From Clostridia bacterium (lineage in GTDB: Bacteria > Bacillota > Clostridia > UBA1212 > DUPL01), in the NCBI GenBank assembly GCA_050951325.1, contig JBMNIW010000002.1, positions 1 to 64,000 on the forward strand: 64,000 nt of DNA. Direction: 5' to 3'. Below, one piece after another: positions 18,322 through 30,167 of the stretch (its first letter is position 1; the number at the start of each line of letters is the position of its first letter). Below the pieces are notes generated by a model that was given only the letters and a program-made list of their open reading frames with translations, made no database searches and was not told where the DNA came from. A program made the position numbers and the translations under genes.

Positions 18322-18525
18322 AAGTATTAATCCTCTCAAAATGTAAGTATCTAAAAACCAGAAGTATCATATCACGTTTTTTTGTCTTTGTAAAGGGGTA
18401 ATTATAAAAATATTAATAAATTTTTCATAATATTTCCCATAATGACTGGATGTGTGTCAACTTGAAAACCATGACAAAAGAGGTATAATAGTAAGGTATA
18501 GTATAGAATGAAGGAAGGTTAGGAA

Positions 18526-19485
18526 ATGATTAAAAAAATCGTACCATTAGTTATAGTACTGGCAATGTTGATGACAGCTTGTACGAAAGCTGATAAACAA
18601 GATAAAACAACATTAAATGTCGCTGCACTGAAGGGACCTACCGGAATGGGCATGATCAAGTTAATTGATGACGCTGATAAGGGCAACACCAAGAATGAGT
18701 ATAAAATTACCCTTGCAGGTTCACCTGATGAGATTACAGGTAAGATTGTAAGTGGCGAGATTCAAATAGCTGCACTGCCTATAAATCTTGCAGCAAACCT
18801 TTATAACAAAACAAACGGAAAAGTACAGCTATTGGCTTTGAACACCCTGGGTGTCTTGTATGTACTTGAAAAAGGCGAAGAGATTAATTCTGTTTCCGAT
18901 TTGGAAGGCAAAAAGATATTTGCTACAGGACAGGGTGCCACACCGGAGTATATTCTTGATTATATTCTCAAAGAGAACAATGTAAATGCAGATGTGGAAT
19001 TCAAAACAGAGCATTCCGAACTTGCAGCACTTGCATTGTCTGGTAATGCAGACATAGTAATGCTTCCTGAACCCTTTGTAACCAATGTTCTTTCAAAGGA
19101 AGCGGGCTTTAGAGTAGCTTTGGATTTGACTGAGGAGTTTGAAAGGGTAAGTGATGGAACAGTTCTTTCAATGGGGTGCATCGTAGTGAACAAGGAATTT
19201 GCCGAGAAGAACAAACAGGCAGTAAAAGATTTTCTTGATGAATACAAGGCGTCAACCGAGTTTGTAAACAACAATATATCCGAAGCATCGGATTTGATTG
19301 CAAAGTATGGTATTCTTGCAAGCAAGGAGCTTGCAGAGAAAGCTATACCTAATTGTAATATAGTGTTTATTGAAGGCGGCGAAATGGAACAGAAAATAAA
19401 AGGATTTTATGAACTGTTGAACGAATACAATGCAAACTCAATTGGAGGAAAACTGCCTGGTGAAGATTTTTACTACAAGGGATAG
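18526..19485 (+). CDS. NitT/TauT-family ABC transporter substrate-binding lipoprotein
   Basis: Lipobox MTAC; LKGPTGMG, GQGATPE, LPEPF. Confidence 0.88.
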   Translation: MIKKIVPLVIVLAMLMTACTKADKQDKTTLNVAALKGPTGMGMIKLIDDADKGNTKNEYKITLAGSPDEITGKIVSGEIQIAALPINLAANLYNKTNGKVQLLALNTLGVLYVLEKGEEINSVSDLEGKKIFATGQGATPEYILDYILKENNVNADVEFKTEHSELAALALSGNADIVMLPEPFVTNVLSKEAGFRVALDLTEEFERVSDGTVLSMGCIVVNKEFAEKNKQAVKDFLDEYKASTEFVNNNISEASDLIAKYGILASKELAEKAIPNCNIVFIEGGEMEQKIKGFYELLNEYNANSIGGKLPGEDFYYKG

Positions 19486-20242
19486 CAAGATAAATAAATT
19501 TTTGCGAACTGTCCTGGTCTTGACTGTATATTTTCTAATATGGGCTTTGCTGGCCGGAATGGTTGATGAGGAAATACTGATACCGAAACCTGCAAGTGTT
19601 TTTAAAAGCTTGCTGGCTCTTTCAAGAACCGTATTATTCTGGCGTTCCATTTTATTATCCATTGGACGTATACTGATAGGATTCTTTCTTGCCCTTGTAG
19701 TTGGCACCATATTTGCCATATTAACGGTAAAGAGCAAGCTGGTTATGGACTTGTTTTATCCTTTAATCAGCAGTGTGAAGGCGACACCCGTCGCCTCCTT
19801 CATAATCCTTGCACTGTTTTGGCTTACAACTGGCAGAGTACCAATCTTCATATGTTTCCTAATGGTGCTGCCAACAGTATGGACGAATATACGAGAAGGC
19901 ATACTAAATGTGGACGAAGACCTTGTCGAAATGTCAAGAATATATAACTTCACTCCGTATGCCAGGTTTAGATACATATATGTTCCTACTATTATTCCTT
20001 TTTTCAGGGCTGCGTTTGCTTCAGGACTTGGAATGGCATGGAAGGCAGGAGTTGCTGCAGAAGTAATCGGCAGACCTGATTTATCCATTGGAAAGGAACT
20101 TTACAATGCAAAGATTTATCTGGATATGCCAAAAATGTTTGCCTGGACTTTCGTTGTTATTCTCATAAGCATTATCCTTGAGAAATTGTTAATCTTTCTC
20201 ATGAACCACATTGGCAGGAGATATGGAGGCTATGAAGTATGA
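19460..20242 (+). CDS. NitT/TauT-family ABC transporter permease
   Basis: TPVASFIIL, WKAGVAAEV, multiple TM segments. Confidence 0.88.
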   Translation: MKIFTTRDSKINKFLRTVLVLTVYFLIWALLAGMVDEEILIPKPASVFKSLLALSRTVLFWRSILLSIGRILIGFFLALVVGTIFAILTVKSKLVMDLFYPLISSVKATPVASFIILALFWLTTGRVPIFICFLMVLPTVWTNIREGILNVDEDLVEMSRIYNFTPYARFRYIYVPTIIPFFRAAFASGLGMAWKAGVAAEVIGRPDLSIGKELYNAKIYLDMPKMFAWTFVVILISIILEKLLIFLMNHIGRRYGGYEV

Positions 20243-20829
20243 TTTTCAAATTCAATGTTGAGGATTTTAAAGCCTCATATGTATTAAAAGACATTACCAA
20301 AAAGTTTAATGGAAATGTTGTTCTTGACAATATAAGTTTGGAGATGCCTGAAAAGGGAATACTTGTAATAAGTGGGTATTCTGGTATTGGCAAGACCACT
20401 TTCTTAAGAATAATGGCTAACCTTATTGCACCAGATTCCGGTGAAAGGATTGGTTTCGATAACAAAAGAATTGCTTATCTTTTTCAGGAGGACAGGCTGC
20501 TACCCTGGTTTGATCTATTGACAAATATAACCTGTGTTCTGCAAGGAGAAGACAAAGAGCAAAAGGCAAAATACTGGCTTGACCAGGTTGGTCTTGCAAA
20601 TCAATATGCAAAATATCCGTCGGAACTTAGCGGTGGAATGAAACGAAGAGCCGCTCTTGCCAGAATGTTTGCTTTTGGAGGAGACTTGTATATCCTGGAT
20701 GAACCTTTCAAGGGACTTGATAAGGAATTGAAGGATAGAATTATTGAAATTACCAAGAATGCATGCAAGGGTAAAATGCTTGTTGTTGTCACTCATGACA
20801 AACAGGAAGAGGATTTACTGCTTAAGTAA
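20239..20829 (+). CDS. ABC transporter ATP-binding protein
   Basis: GYSGIGKT, FQEDRLLPW, LSGGM, ILDEPF, VTH. Confidence 0.9.
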   Translation: MIFKFNVEDFKASYVLKDITKKFNGNVVLDNISLEMPEKGILVISGYSGIGKTTFLRIMANLIAPDSGERIGFDNKRIAYLFQEDRLLPWFDLLTNITCVLQGEDKEQKAKYWLDQVGLANQYAKYPSELSGGMKRRAALARMFAFGGDLYILDEPFKGLDKELKDRIIEITKNACKGKMLVVVTHDKQEEDLLLK

Positions 20830-20830
20830 G

Positions 20831-20859
20831 TTGACACTGGACAAATACTTATTTAAAAT
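20831..20859 (+). promoter_or_regulatory. sigma-A promoter of valS
   Basis: TTGACA-17nt-TAAAAT. Confidence 0.6.
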
Positions 20860-20888
20860 AAAATAAATTGGATTTTGGAGGGAATAAT

Positions 20889-23519
20889 TTGGAGAAAACT
20901 TTTGAACCACAAAAAATAGAAAAGAGAATTTATGACACATGGATTGAAAAAGGATATTTTAAAGCTCATATTGATCCGAACAAAAAGCCTTTTACAATAG
21001 TAATACCACCGCCAAACATAACAGGGCAGCTCCATATGGGACACGCTCTTGACAATACCATACAGGATATTATTATTCGTTTCAAAAGAATGCAGGGTTA
21101 TTCTGCGCTCTGGCTTCCTGGAACGGACCATGCAAGCATAGCTACTGAAGCAAAGATTGTTGAGAAGCTGGCAAGTGAAGGTCTTACAAAGGAAAAGATA
21201 GGAAGGGATAAATTCCTTGAGTATGCCTGGGAATGGAAAGAAACGTACGGAGGAAAGATTATTAACCAGCTTAAAAGGCTTGGCTGCTCCTGTGATTGGG
21301 ACAGGGAAAGGTTTACCATGGACGAAGGTCTTTCCGATGCTGTTCTGGAAGTATTTGTTAGACTGTATAACAAAGGTCTCATATACAGGGGAGAGAGAAT
21401 CACCAACTGGTGTACAAAGTGCAATACATCCATATCCGACATTGAAGTTGAATATGAGGAACAGGATGGCAACCTGTGGCATATAAAATATCCTATGAAA
21501 GAAGGGGATGGTTATGTCACAATAGCAACAACCCGCCCGGAAACCATGCTGGGAGATACTGCCGTTGCAGTAAATCCTGAAGATGAAAGATATAAGAATT
21601 TGATTGGAAAAACGCTTATTCTTCCTCTTGTAAACAAAGAGATACCGATTATCGCTGACGATTATGTTGAGGCGGAGTTTGGTACAGGTGCCGTCAAGAT
21701 TACACCTGCTCACGATCCTAATGACTTTGAAGTGGGTATGCGTCATGATCTGCCTCTTGTCAGAATAATGGATGACAAGGGATTCATCAATGAAAATGGT
21801 GGCAAGTATGCTGGTATGGATAGATATGAAGCAAGAAAGCAGATTATAGAGGACCTTAAAGAAATTAACTTATTGGAAAAAATAGAGGAACACAAGCATA
21901 ATGTGGGAACATGTCAGAGATGCGCAACAGTTGTTGAGCCTGTAATTTCCAAGCAGTGGTTTGTAAAAATGAAACCTCTAGCCGAGCCTGCCATAAAGGT
22001 GGTGAGAGAAGGCAAAACAAAATTCATACCTGACAGGTTTGCAAAAATATATTTCAACTGGATGGAGAATATACAGGATTGGTGTATTTCAAGGCAATTA
22101 TGGTGGGGACACAGAATACCTGCGTACTACTGCCAAAAGTGCGGTGAGGTTGTAGTGGCAAAAGCAATGCCGGAGAAGTGTCCAAAATGCAGTCACGACA
22201 AGTTTGAGCAGGATCAGGATACTTTAGATACATGGTTCAGCTCTGCATTGTGGCCTTTTTCAACTTTGGGATGGCCTGAAGAAACGGAGGATTTAAAATA
22301 TTTTTATCCGACAGAGGTTTTGGTTACTGCTTATGACATCATATTCTTCTGGGTTGCCCGTATGATTTTCAGTGCGGTAGAGCAGACTAACGAGGTTCCA
22401 TTCAGACATGTCCTTATTCACGGTCTTATAAGAGACGAACAAGGACGCAAGATGTCCAAATCCTTGGGCAACGGTATTGACCCGCTCGAGGTTATAGATG
22501 AGTTTGGTACGGATGCTTTGCGTTTTACCCTCATTTCTGGAAACTCACCAGGAAACGACCAGAGATATCTGCCAAAGAAAACTGAGGCAGCAAGAAACTT
22601 TGCAAACAAAATATGGAATGCAACCAGGTTTGTTCTTCTCAACTTTGACGAGGATGTGGATTTTTCCAAGGTTGACAGAAGTAAATTCACAGTTTATGAC
22701 AAGTGGATTCTGTCCGCTTCAAACAATCTTGTAAAAGAGGTTACTGAGAATCTCAACAAATATGAGCTTGGTATTGCCCTTGGCAAGGTATATGACTTTA
22801 TATGGGATGTTTACTGTGACTGGTATATTGAGATTGTCAAGCCCAGACTGTTTGACAAGGAAAACGAAACAAGGCTTGAGGCCCAGTATGTTTTGAATGA
22901 GGTGCTTGTCAAATGCATGAAGCTTTTGCATCCTTTCATGCCATTCATAACTGAAGAGATTTATCAGAGTCTTATACATGAAAGTGAAAGCATTATGATT
23001 TCTGATTGGCCTGAGTTTGATGAGAGTCTTGTTTTTGCAGAAGATGAAGAGAAGGTAAATATTATTATCAAGGCAATCAGAAGCATAAGGAATATTCGAA
23101 CTGAGATGAATATTCCGCCTTCAAGAAAAGCTGGTATCATATTCGTAACTGATGAAAACAAGTTTGAGCTTTTGCAGGACTCAGAGTCGCTTTTCAACAG
23201 ACTTGCTTCAGCAAATGGAATCAAGACTACAAGCGACAGGAGTACTATTCCTGAAAACAGTGCAACTGCCGTGGTTCCAGGTATTGAAATTTTCATTCCT
23301 CTTGAGGAACTTATAGATTACGAGAAGGAAATCGAGCGTTTGGAAAACGAGCTTAAGCACTTGCAGGATGAACTTGACAGGGTTAACAAAAAGCTTGCTA
23401 ATGAAAACTTTGTAAAAAAAGCTCCTGAGAATATCGTAGAAGAAGAGAGGAAGAAGAAAGAGAAATACACAGAGATGTATAACAACGTCTTGGAGAGAAT
23501 AAAAATACTAAAAAAATAG
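20889..23519 (+). CDS. valS: valine--tRNA ligase
   Basis: [31 protein letters not shown]-terminal coiled coil. Confidence 0.98.
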   Translation: MEKTFEPQKIEKRIYDTWIEKGYFKAHIDPNKKPFTIVIPPPNITGQLHMGHALDNTIQDIIIRFKRMQGYSALWLPGTDHASIATEAKIVEKLASEGLTKEKIGRDKFLEYAWEWKETYGGKIINQLKRLGCSCDWDRERFTMDEGLSDAVLEVFVRLYNKGLIYRGERITNWCTKCNTSISDIEVEYEEQDGNLWHIKYPMKEGDGYVTIATTRPETMLGDTAVAVNPEDERYKNLIGKTLILPLVNKEIPIIADDYVEAEFGTGAVKITPAHDPNDFEVGMRHDLPLVRIMDDKGFINENGGKYAGMDRYEARKQIIEDLKEINLLEKIEEHKHNVGTCQRCATVVEPVISKQWFVKMKPLAEPAIKVVREGKTKFIPDRFAKIYFNWMENIQDWCISRQLWWGHRIPAYYCQKCGEVVVAKAMPEKCPKCSHDKFEQDQDTLDTWFSSALWPFSTLGWPEETEDLKYFYPTEVLVTAYDIIFFWVARMIFSAVEQTNEVPFRHVLIHGLIRDEQGRKMSKSLGNGIDPLEVIDEFGTDALRFTLISGNSPGNDQRYLPKKTEAARNFANKIWNATRFVLLNFDEDVDFSKVDRSKFTVYDKWILSASNNLVKEVTENLNKYELGIALGKVYDFIWDVYCDWYIEIVKPRLFDKENETRLEAQYVLNEVLVKCMKLLHPFMPFITEEIYQSLIHESESIMISDWPEFDESLVFAEDEEKVNIIIKAIRSIRNIRTEMNIPPSRKAGIIFVTDENKFELLQDSESLFNRLASANGIKTTSDRSTIPENSATAVVPGIEIFIPLEELIDYEKEIERLENELKHLQDELDRVNKKLANENFVKKAPENIVEEERKKKEKYTEMYNNVLERIKILKK

Positions 23520-23530
23520 GAGAGTAGAGT

Positions 23531-26500
23531 ATGAAGCGTAACAAGGTCATGTCATTTATCAGGCTCGGCATTCTCGTTTCATTTGCTGTTGTATATGCGG
23601 TTTTGTCCTATTATACAAAACCAAGGATTATCCGCTATGATGTATACGAAAAAATAGATACATCAAAATACGGATCCGAATACAACATTGCAAGGATGTT
23701 CGAGAATTGCCTGGTTATGAATGTCGACACTTCAAACGTGTACTACAATGGTGAATACTTGTCATACTCTGATATTAAAAACCTACTGGTCTTTGAAGAC
23801 GGTAGGTTTTTCTGCAATTCCGCTTTTATAAATCAGCTGCTTGATAAGGATTATTCAGGCGACAGAGTTGACTTGGAGGAATTGGGGTATGAAGTATTAA
23901 ACTATAACAACAGGATGTGCATTGTGGACATGGGAGAGAAAGATATTTCTCTATTCGATAACTTGTACACCGCAGAAGCTTTGTATTTAAGATTGAGTGG
24001 CAAGGAACAGGAGGATATTGAGAATGCGTTTGTTGACCTGCCTTATCTCATATCTAATGGCAGAAACAATGCAGTATTCTATTCTGAACCAAGTCTAAAT
24101 CTAGGCATTCAGACAGAAATATATTGGCATCAGATTAACAGGGATGATTCAAGACCTGAATTTGTTGTTGGAGAAGGTGAGTATGACGACAACTCAACGC
24201 TCGTTAGGGTGTTCAACAAAATGCAGACTTGCACACAACAATTCCTGGCTTACAATTCTTATGTAAAGGGTGGAGTGCAGGTTAAAGCTCTAAAAAGCAA
24301 GGAAGATGTGCTGATTGCCACCGCTCCCTTCAAGTCATGGCCTTTGTCAGCAAGAAGGATAAGAATTTTTAACACATCTGGAAGTTTGTGTATGGAGATT
24401 ATCCCGAATTTGACTGCTCCATATGTAATAGAGACGGGTTATTTTACTGGAAACGACAACGAGCAACTACTCATAACCAGCATGTATCCAAATAATTCAG
24501 TAAAAATAGCTATTATCGACATAGATAGTGCAAAATATGTTAAACATATTACTTTGCAAGACAGCTCCTTACCAAAGGGTGAAAGGATTCGCTTGGAAAA
24601 GACTCAGAATTCTAAAGAGTTATTGGTGTTCTTCAAGGAATCCAGGCTGGTGTACATATTAAATCTCGATAATCAGAAATTGACAAAACTAGACCTTAAC
24701 CTTCCGGAGGGAGTTAACGGAGTCTATCCTGGCAAAAATCCAGGAGAGTACATTGTTACCGCAGACGAAGAAATTTTTTCAAGTGTTTACCTTGTGAAAG
24801 ACAACACCAATGAAAAGATAAATGTTGGATGGAGGGAAAATAGGTTTTACTCCACCTTTGCACAGGATAATCCCGATGGTTATGTAGACCGTGGAATCTT
24901 TGCACATATAAGGACGGATTTGTCTTCTCAAATTATGGGCAGACTTGCTGAACTTAATAGTGTGGAAGATGCATTAAACAATGCATCTTTCTCGGAGTGG
25001 AGGAGAAGCATCAGCAGTAATCAAATAGAGCAGTACCATACCACATACACCATGTGGGAGCCATGTTTTACTCATAGATGGAACTCGATTACTCAAACGT
25101 CCAACATGTCTAAAATTATTGACGACAAGACAGGGCTACCAAAGTACATGGCCCTTGGCAAGGACAATTTGACTACAAACTATCATGAACTTAACAGTGC
25201 ATTTCTTAATGGAAGTTATGCAGATGGTCTTCTTCCAATGAGCAAATTGAGACTGTATCCCTTAAGAACTTTTTTGCAGGATCTGTCTGTCGAATTCAGA
25301 ACGCAACCCTGAAAGACTGGTGGCAGTGTCGCCTGTGCATGAACATGAAATAAATGTAGCAGGTTCAATCGGAGACTATAATTATTATATGGTGCTTGGC
25401 TTTAGAAGCCATCTTTTGAACCTGTACGGAAGTGTTGAGAAGATAAATGAAAGATTCGGAACAAACTTTGCTTCCGTAGACGAAATAGACCCGCCAAGGG
25501 ACGAGAACAGGGGAAAATGGGACAAATATGGAGGCAGCGACTACTTTTGCTTACTGGAGCCTGTACAACCGTTTTATTGTCAACAAAAGAATTCTGGAAG
25601 CATACAGGGAAGCACTGCTTGCTGGTTTTCCACCGGAATCAATAAGTGCTCATCAGATACCGGAAGGAGATGCCGTTGCTGGATTCTTAGGTGAAGCCAA
25701 CACAAGATTGTCTCCTGTTGATGTGGTTATGTCCTGCGGAACCGCCTTTGGTGGAACCAGATATGGTACCTGGTATGAACAGAAGCACAACTGGCTTATA
25801 AACGCTTACAATGCAGGTCACAAGAACATAACAATAGGTGAATACAGTTCGCTTGCCCACGGTGACATTGCAGCATATAATCAACTTAAATATCTTTTCA
25901 ATCATGGTGTCAGAATGACACATGTGCTTGTACCTTATCCAGGTGATTCTTCTGAATACGCTATTGTAAAGGAGAAGGAAATGGTTGCGATATACAAGCT
26001 GCAAAGGGAGAATAATCCAAGACCGGGCTATACTGGTGGTACTTTGGATGTAAAACACATATTCCAAGATGACAAATCTTATAGTATTGTCAGAATAGGT
26101 ACAGGAGACGATCAGAACGGACTTCTTAAGTCAGTATATGACGATGGCAGCTGGGAAGGAAGTGTATACTTTGTTCCTTTCCATTCCCGTGTTGAAGTAA
26201 TCAAGGCAAAAATAAAGGGAAGCGTAAGAAGAAACTATGAATCTGAGGAAATTAAGAATCTGCATCATGCAGATCAAATTGAACTTACATTTAAGGGGAG
26301 GTATACAGGAAAAGGAAAGGGCAAGGTAAGGATATTTGCGACTTATGATGGGGCAATTTTAAGGACCTCCGAAGTCATATTTGATCTTACCCAAAATCCT
26401 CAGAACTTCAGATACGTCTTTTCAAATCAGCTGTCCCTTACTGATAATGTTAAGTTGGTTGTTGAGTTTGAAGCTGACAACAAGAGTAAAATTGATATCG

Positions 26501-26715
26501 ATGACATTAGCTGCACGAATCAGCTGTCGCTAACTGATAATGTAAGGTTGGTTGTTGAATTCGAAGCAGACAGCAAGAGCAAAATTGACATTGATGACAT
26601 GAGCTGCACTGTTCAAAGAGAATCAGTTGCAAGAAAATATTTTGGACAGTTCAACTCAAAAGCTCACAAAGGCGGTATAACATATGATGTATTGTCAAGG
26701 GAACTGATGGGATAA
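23531..26715 (+). CDS. large membrane-anchored GH42-like glycoside hydrolase (~1060 aa when two +1 indels at ~25308 and ~25546 are corrected)
   Basis: N-terminal TM; FG-GAP-like segment (VRVFN..FLAY...KGGVQV); GH42-like LYGSVEKINERFGTNFASVDEIDPP; TIGEY putative nucleophile; three ORFs join by single-base shifts. Confidence 0.6.
26425..26610 (+). repeat. in-frame 93-bp diverged tandem duplication
   Basis: NQLSLTDNVKLVVEFEADNKSKIDIDDISCT / NQLSLTDNVRLVVEFEADSKSKIDIDDMSCT; 13 nucleotide differences by hand count. Confidence 0.95.
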
Positions 26716-26720
26716 ATCAT

Positions 26721-26756
26721 AAGGTTAATACGATTTTCGGGTCGTATTAACCCTTT
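26721..26756 (+). terminator. intrinsic terminator
   Basis: GGTTAATACG...CGTATTAACC. Confidence 0.65.
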
Positions 26757-26773
26757 GTTCATAATTTAACATG

Positions 26774-26802
26774 TTGACAAAACTCAATATGTGGGTTATA
26801 AT
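26774..26802 (+). promoter_or_regulatory. consensus sigma-A promoter of tRNA-His
   Basis: TTGACA-17nt-TATAAT. Confidence 0.85.
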
Positions 26803-26824
26803 TATGTTTGTGCTTATGCAATAT

Positions 26825-26902
26825 GGTGGGTGTAGCTCAGTTGGTTAGAGCGCCAGGTTGTGGCCCTGGAGGTCGTGGGTTCGACTCCCATCATTCACCC
26901 CA
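26825..26902 (+). tRNA. tRNA-His (GTG)
   Basis: G-1, GTGGGTG/CATTCAC stem, CCAGG-TT-GTG-GC-CCTGG, TTCGACT, C discriminator, CCA. Confidence 0.97.
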
Positions 26903-26907
26903 GCAAG

Positions 26908-26943
26908 TAAAGTCAGATTGAATTTATCGATCTGGCTTTTTTT
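26908..26943. terminator. terminator after tRNA-His / murG
   Basis: AAAGTCAGAT...ATCTGGCTTT plus T-run. Confidence 0.7.
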
Positions 26944-26960
26944 ATTAATAAAGACCGATT

Positions 26961-28041
26961 TTAATCGGCCTTATTTTCACTGAGTTTTTCCATTATGATA
27001 TTAAAGATTTTTTCAGTACCATTTGCATGGTTTTCTTTTTCCATGGCTTTTATCATCTTTTGAGCATCATTCTCCAGGTACATTATGGCTTTAATCAATG
27101 TCTTGCTCGATAGGTTCTCTTCATTCAGTACAATTGCAAATCCTCTTTTTTCAAAGGATCTTGCATTAAGTATCTGGTCACCGCGGCTTGCTTTCGTTGA
27201 AAGGGGGATAAGTATCATTGGTTTTTTGAGTGCCAAAAATTCATGTATTGAATTGGAACCTGCCCTTGAAATGATATAGTTGCTTAGCGCCATATAGTCA
27301 GGTAGTTCGTCTGTTACATACTCAAACTGTCTGTAACCGGGAATATCAATGGAATCCTTAACATTTCCCTTGCCACAAATATGTATTACATTGTATTTTG
27401 CTGTAATTTCTTTAATAGCTTTTCTTACTGCCTCATTAATTATCCTTGAACCCAGGCTTCCTCCCATCACCAGGATAACTTGTTTTTTGTCAAATCCAAG
27501 CATGTTGCGAGCCTTTTCCTTGTCACCTTCAAACAACTCGGATCTTATTGGGGAGCCGGTATAAACACCTATTGGGGGCTTTATTTTCTCCAAAGAATCG
27601 GGGAAGGTAAGACATATTGTATCTGCGTATCTTTTTGATATCTTGTTTGCAAGACCAGGTGTAATATCGGATTCATGTGCAACAACGGGTACGCCTGACC
27701 TTATGTGCAGCAGCCACCACAGGAACGGAAACAAAGCCTCCTTTGGAAAATACAATGTCCGGCTTAATTTCACTTAGTATCTTCTTTGCATCAAAATATC
27801 CTGCTATGACCCTGAAAGGGTCAGTGAAGTTCTGCCATGAAAAATATCTCCTTAGCTTTCCGGTTCTAATGGAGTGGTATTTTACATTATCCAGTTTTGA
27901 TATGATATCTTTTTCTATTCCATTTATAGAGCCGATATAATGAATATCGAATTTATGCTTTTTCAGCAAAGGAATCAGTGAAAGGTTTGGTGTAACATGT
28001 CCTGCAGTTCCTCCGCCTGTTAAAACAATAGTCTTTTTCAT
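26961..28041 (-). CDS. murG: MurG glycosyltransferase, one +1 indel at ~27700
   Basis: [48 protein letters not shown]. Confidence 0.93.
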
Positions 28042-28095
28042 AAATACAATCATCCCTTCAGATTGCTAATATATATATACGTGAAAAAGTTCGGT

Positions 28096-29049
28096 TTATA
28101 CCAAATTCACAGGATTTCCGTCCAAAAACGCCTTTATATTGCTGCATAGTATGGATAACAACCTTTGTCTGGCTTCCTTCGTTGCCCAGGCGATATGCGG
28201 GGTTATGAGGCAATTGTCGAGTTTCAGCAAAGGGTTGTCCTTTTTTGGAGGCTCGCTTACCATAACATCCAAACCTGCTCCTTTAATAGTTCCGTTTGTT
28301 AATGCTTCTGCCAGGTCTTCTTCGTTAATCAAAGCTCCTCTTGCCGTGTTAATCAAGTAACTTGTCGGTTTCATAAGTGAAAGAGCCTTCTTGTCTATCA
28401 TGTATCGGTTTTCTTCGGTAAGAGGGCAGTGAAGAGTCACAATATCTGATTTTGACAGCAGGTCTTCGAAAGAAGTCCATTCATTTTCTTCCATATCTTT
28501 AGGTTTTGTTCTGCTGTGAATAAGCACATTCATTGAAAAAGCTTTTGCTATATCACGTACCTTTCTTCCTATTTTGCCATAACCAATAATACCTATTGTT
28601 TTGTTGGCCAGTTCCTGAAGGGTAAACAGAGTGTATGAAAAGTCGATGCAATCAGACCACATTCCATTTCGGACCGAATCGCTGTGTGTTTTTACTCCTG
28701 AAAAAAACTCAAGAATAAATGCAAAAACCATCTGCGCCACAGAATTTGTGCTATAGCCTGGAATATTTGTAACAGGAATGTTCCTTTCCCTGCAGTATTT
28801 CAAATCCACTATGTTTGTGCCGGTGGACATAAGTCCTATATATTTTAAGTTTGGTAGTTTACTCAGAACTTCCTTGTCAAGAATCGTTTTATTACTAAGC
28901 AGAATATCCGCATCCTTTGCTCTTTCCACTGTCAGCTCACGTGGTGTTCTTTCGTATATGACAACATCTCCCTGCTCATAAAGGGCATCCCATGATATGT
29001 CTCCGGGATTTGTAGTAAAACCATCCAAAACAACTATTCTTGGTTTCAT
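28096..29049 (-). CDS. D-2-hydroxyacid (glycerate) dehydrogenase
   Basis: GIIGYGKIG, LHCPLT, INTARG, LDV..EP, TPHIAW. Confidence 0.9.
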   Translation of the reverse strand: MKPRIVVLDGFTTNPGDISWDALYEQGDVVIYERTPRELTVERAKDADILLSNKTILDKEVLSKLPNLKYIGLMSTGTNIVDLKYCRERNIPVTNIPGYSTNSVAQMVFAFILEFFSGVKTHSDSVRNGMWSDCIDFSYTLFTLQELANKTIGIIGYGKIGRKVRDIAKAFSMNVLIHSRTKPKDMEENEWTSFEDLLSKSDIVTLHCPLTEENRYMIDKKALSLMKPTSYLINTARGALINEEDLAEALTNGTIKGAGLDVMVSEPPKKDNPLLKLDNCLITPHIAWATKEARQRLLSILCSNIKAFLDGNPVNLV

Positions 29050-29120
29050 AGCCTTGCCTCCTATAATTAATACTTCAACTAGTATAGTTTAACTAAAACA
29101 TCAATATACGTCAATTAAAG

Positions 29121-29146
29121 AAAAACTGCTCCGTTTCCGGAGCAGT
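29121..29146 (-). terminator. intrinsic terminator
   Basis: ACTGCTCCG...CGGAGCAGT preceded by A-run on + strand. Confidence 0.7.
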
Positions 29147-29157
29147 CATGCAGTTTT

Positions 29158-29880
29158 TTATGGCTGGCTTACTGGCAAAAGTTTAACTTCAGGTGTATTA
29201 ACGTAGTAGATATAAGATTGTGGTAAAAAGTCTTCTACTTCAAAATCGTTTATGTAGAATTTGACATATTCAAAGGGCTCATCTTCATTATACGGAACCT
29301 TCCACAATCCTATTTTTGTTCCAAGATTGTCATTGAGTACGACAAGATACTCATCAGGAGGTAGTGGCTCTTCAAGTTCAAACTTTACCTCTTGATTGTC
29401 CTGTATATTTTCTTTCACATAAGTCACCAAGGGGTCGCCTGAAATAGTTTTGTCATAGTCATAATTCCATTTGTATATTGAAAAGTTGGTAGCACCATCA
29501 GGCTCATGCCATGTACACATGCACAATTCAATTGCATTGAAGTGTGTGGTAGCTACAAATTGCCATGCAACGGTGGTATGCTCAAACAATTCTTCCGGTA
29601 AATGAACCGCATTAGGATCGTTATGTGTGAATAAAGGTACTCTTACTGGCTCCTCTGATACGATAGAACCGTAATATGGATTTTCTTCTGAATGTGGTTC
29701 TCTTGTTGGTTTGGGCGTAGGTGTTGGAGTTGGTTCTGGAGTATCAGTAGGGGCAGGTGTCGCAGTTGGTTCTGGTGTTGGCGTGTCTTCAGGAGTATCT
29801 GCTGGAGCAGATTTGCAAGACACCAGAGAAATTAGTAGTAATAACGAAAACAGAAAAATCACTAACTTTTTGCCATTCAT
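29158..29880 (-). CDS. lipoprotein with Pro/Thr-rich linker and unknown aromatic-rich domain
   Basis: Lipobox LVSC; TPTPEPTATPAPT repeats; C-terminal W/Y-rich domain. Confidence 0.8.
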   Translation of the reverse strand: MNGKKLVIFLFSLLLLISLVSCKSAPADTPEDTPTPEPTATPAPTDTPEPTPTPTPKPTREPHSEENPYYGSIVSEEPVRVPLFTHNDPNAVHLPEELFEHTTVAWQFVATTHFNAIELCMCTWHEPDGATNFSIYKWNYDYDKTISGDPLVTYVKENIQDNQEVKFELEEPLPPDEYLVVLNDNLGTKIGLWKVPYNEDEPFEYVKFYINDFEVEDFLPQSYIYYVNTPEVKLLPVSQP

Positions 29881-30045
29881 AAAAAATCCTCCTTTTCGAT
29901 GTGAAGATACATATAATATAATACAATTATATTAAATTATCAACAATAAATATCAACAAAACGAACAAAATTAGAAACAATAAGAATAAAAAATGAACAT
30001 AAAAGATGAAAAGACATAAAAAAAGACTGTCATTTGACAGTCTAC

Positions 30046-30120
30046 TGGCTGGGATGGCAAGATTCGAACTTGCGACTGCCAGAGTCAAAGTCTGGTGCCT
30101 TACCGCTTGGCTACATCCCA
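30046..30120 (-). tRNA. tRNA-Gln (TTG)
   Basis: TGGGATG/CATCCCA stem, CCAGA-CT-TTG-AC-TCTGG, TTCGAAT, CCA. Confidence 0.97.
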
Positions 30121-30138
30121 ATAACACCAACGCAAGAT

Positions 30139-30167
30139 ATTATACACATTATCCAGGAATTTGTCAA
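30139..30167 (-). promoter_or_regulatory. consensus sigma-A promoter of tRNA-Gln
   Basis: TTGACA-17nt-TATAAT on - strand. Confidence 0.85.

Noticed and set aside
20853-21746. 297-aa ORF antisense to valS
   Set aside because: Typical antisense shadow of a conserved, codon-biased gene
29700-29800. Low-complexity DNA repeat
   Set aside because: Simply encodes the Pro/Thr linker of the lipoprotein
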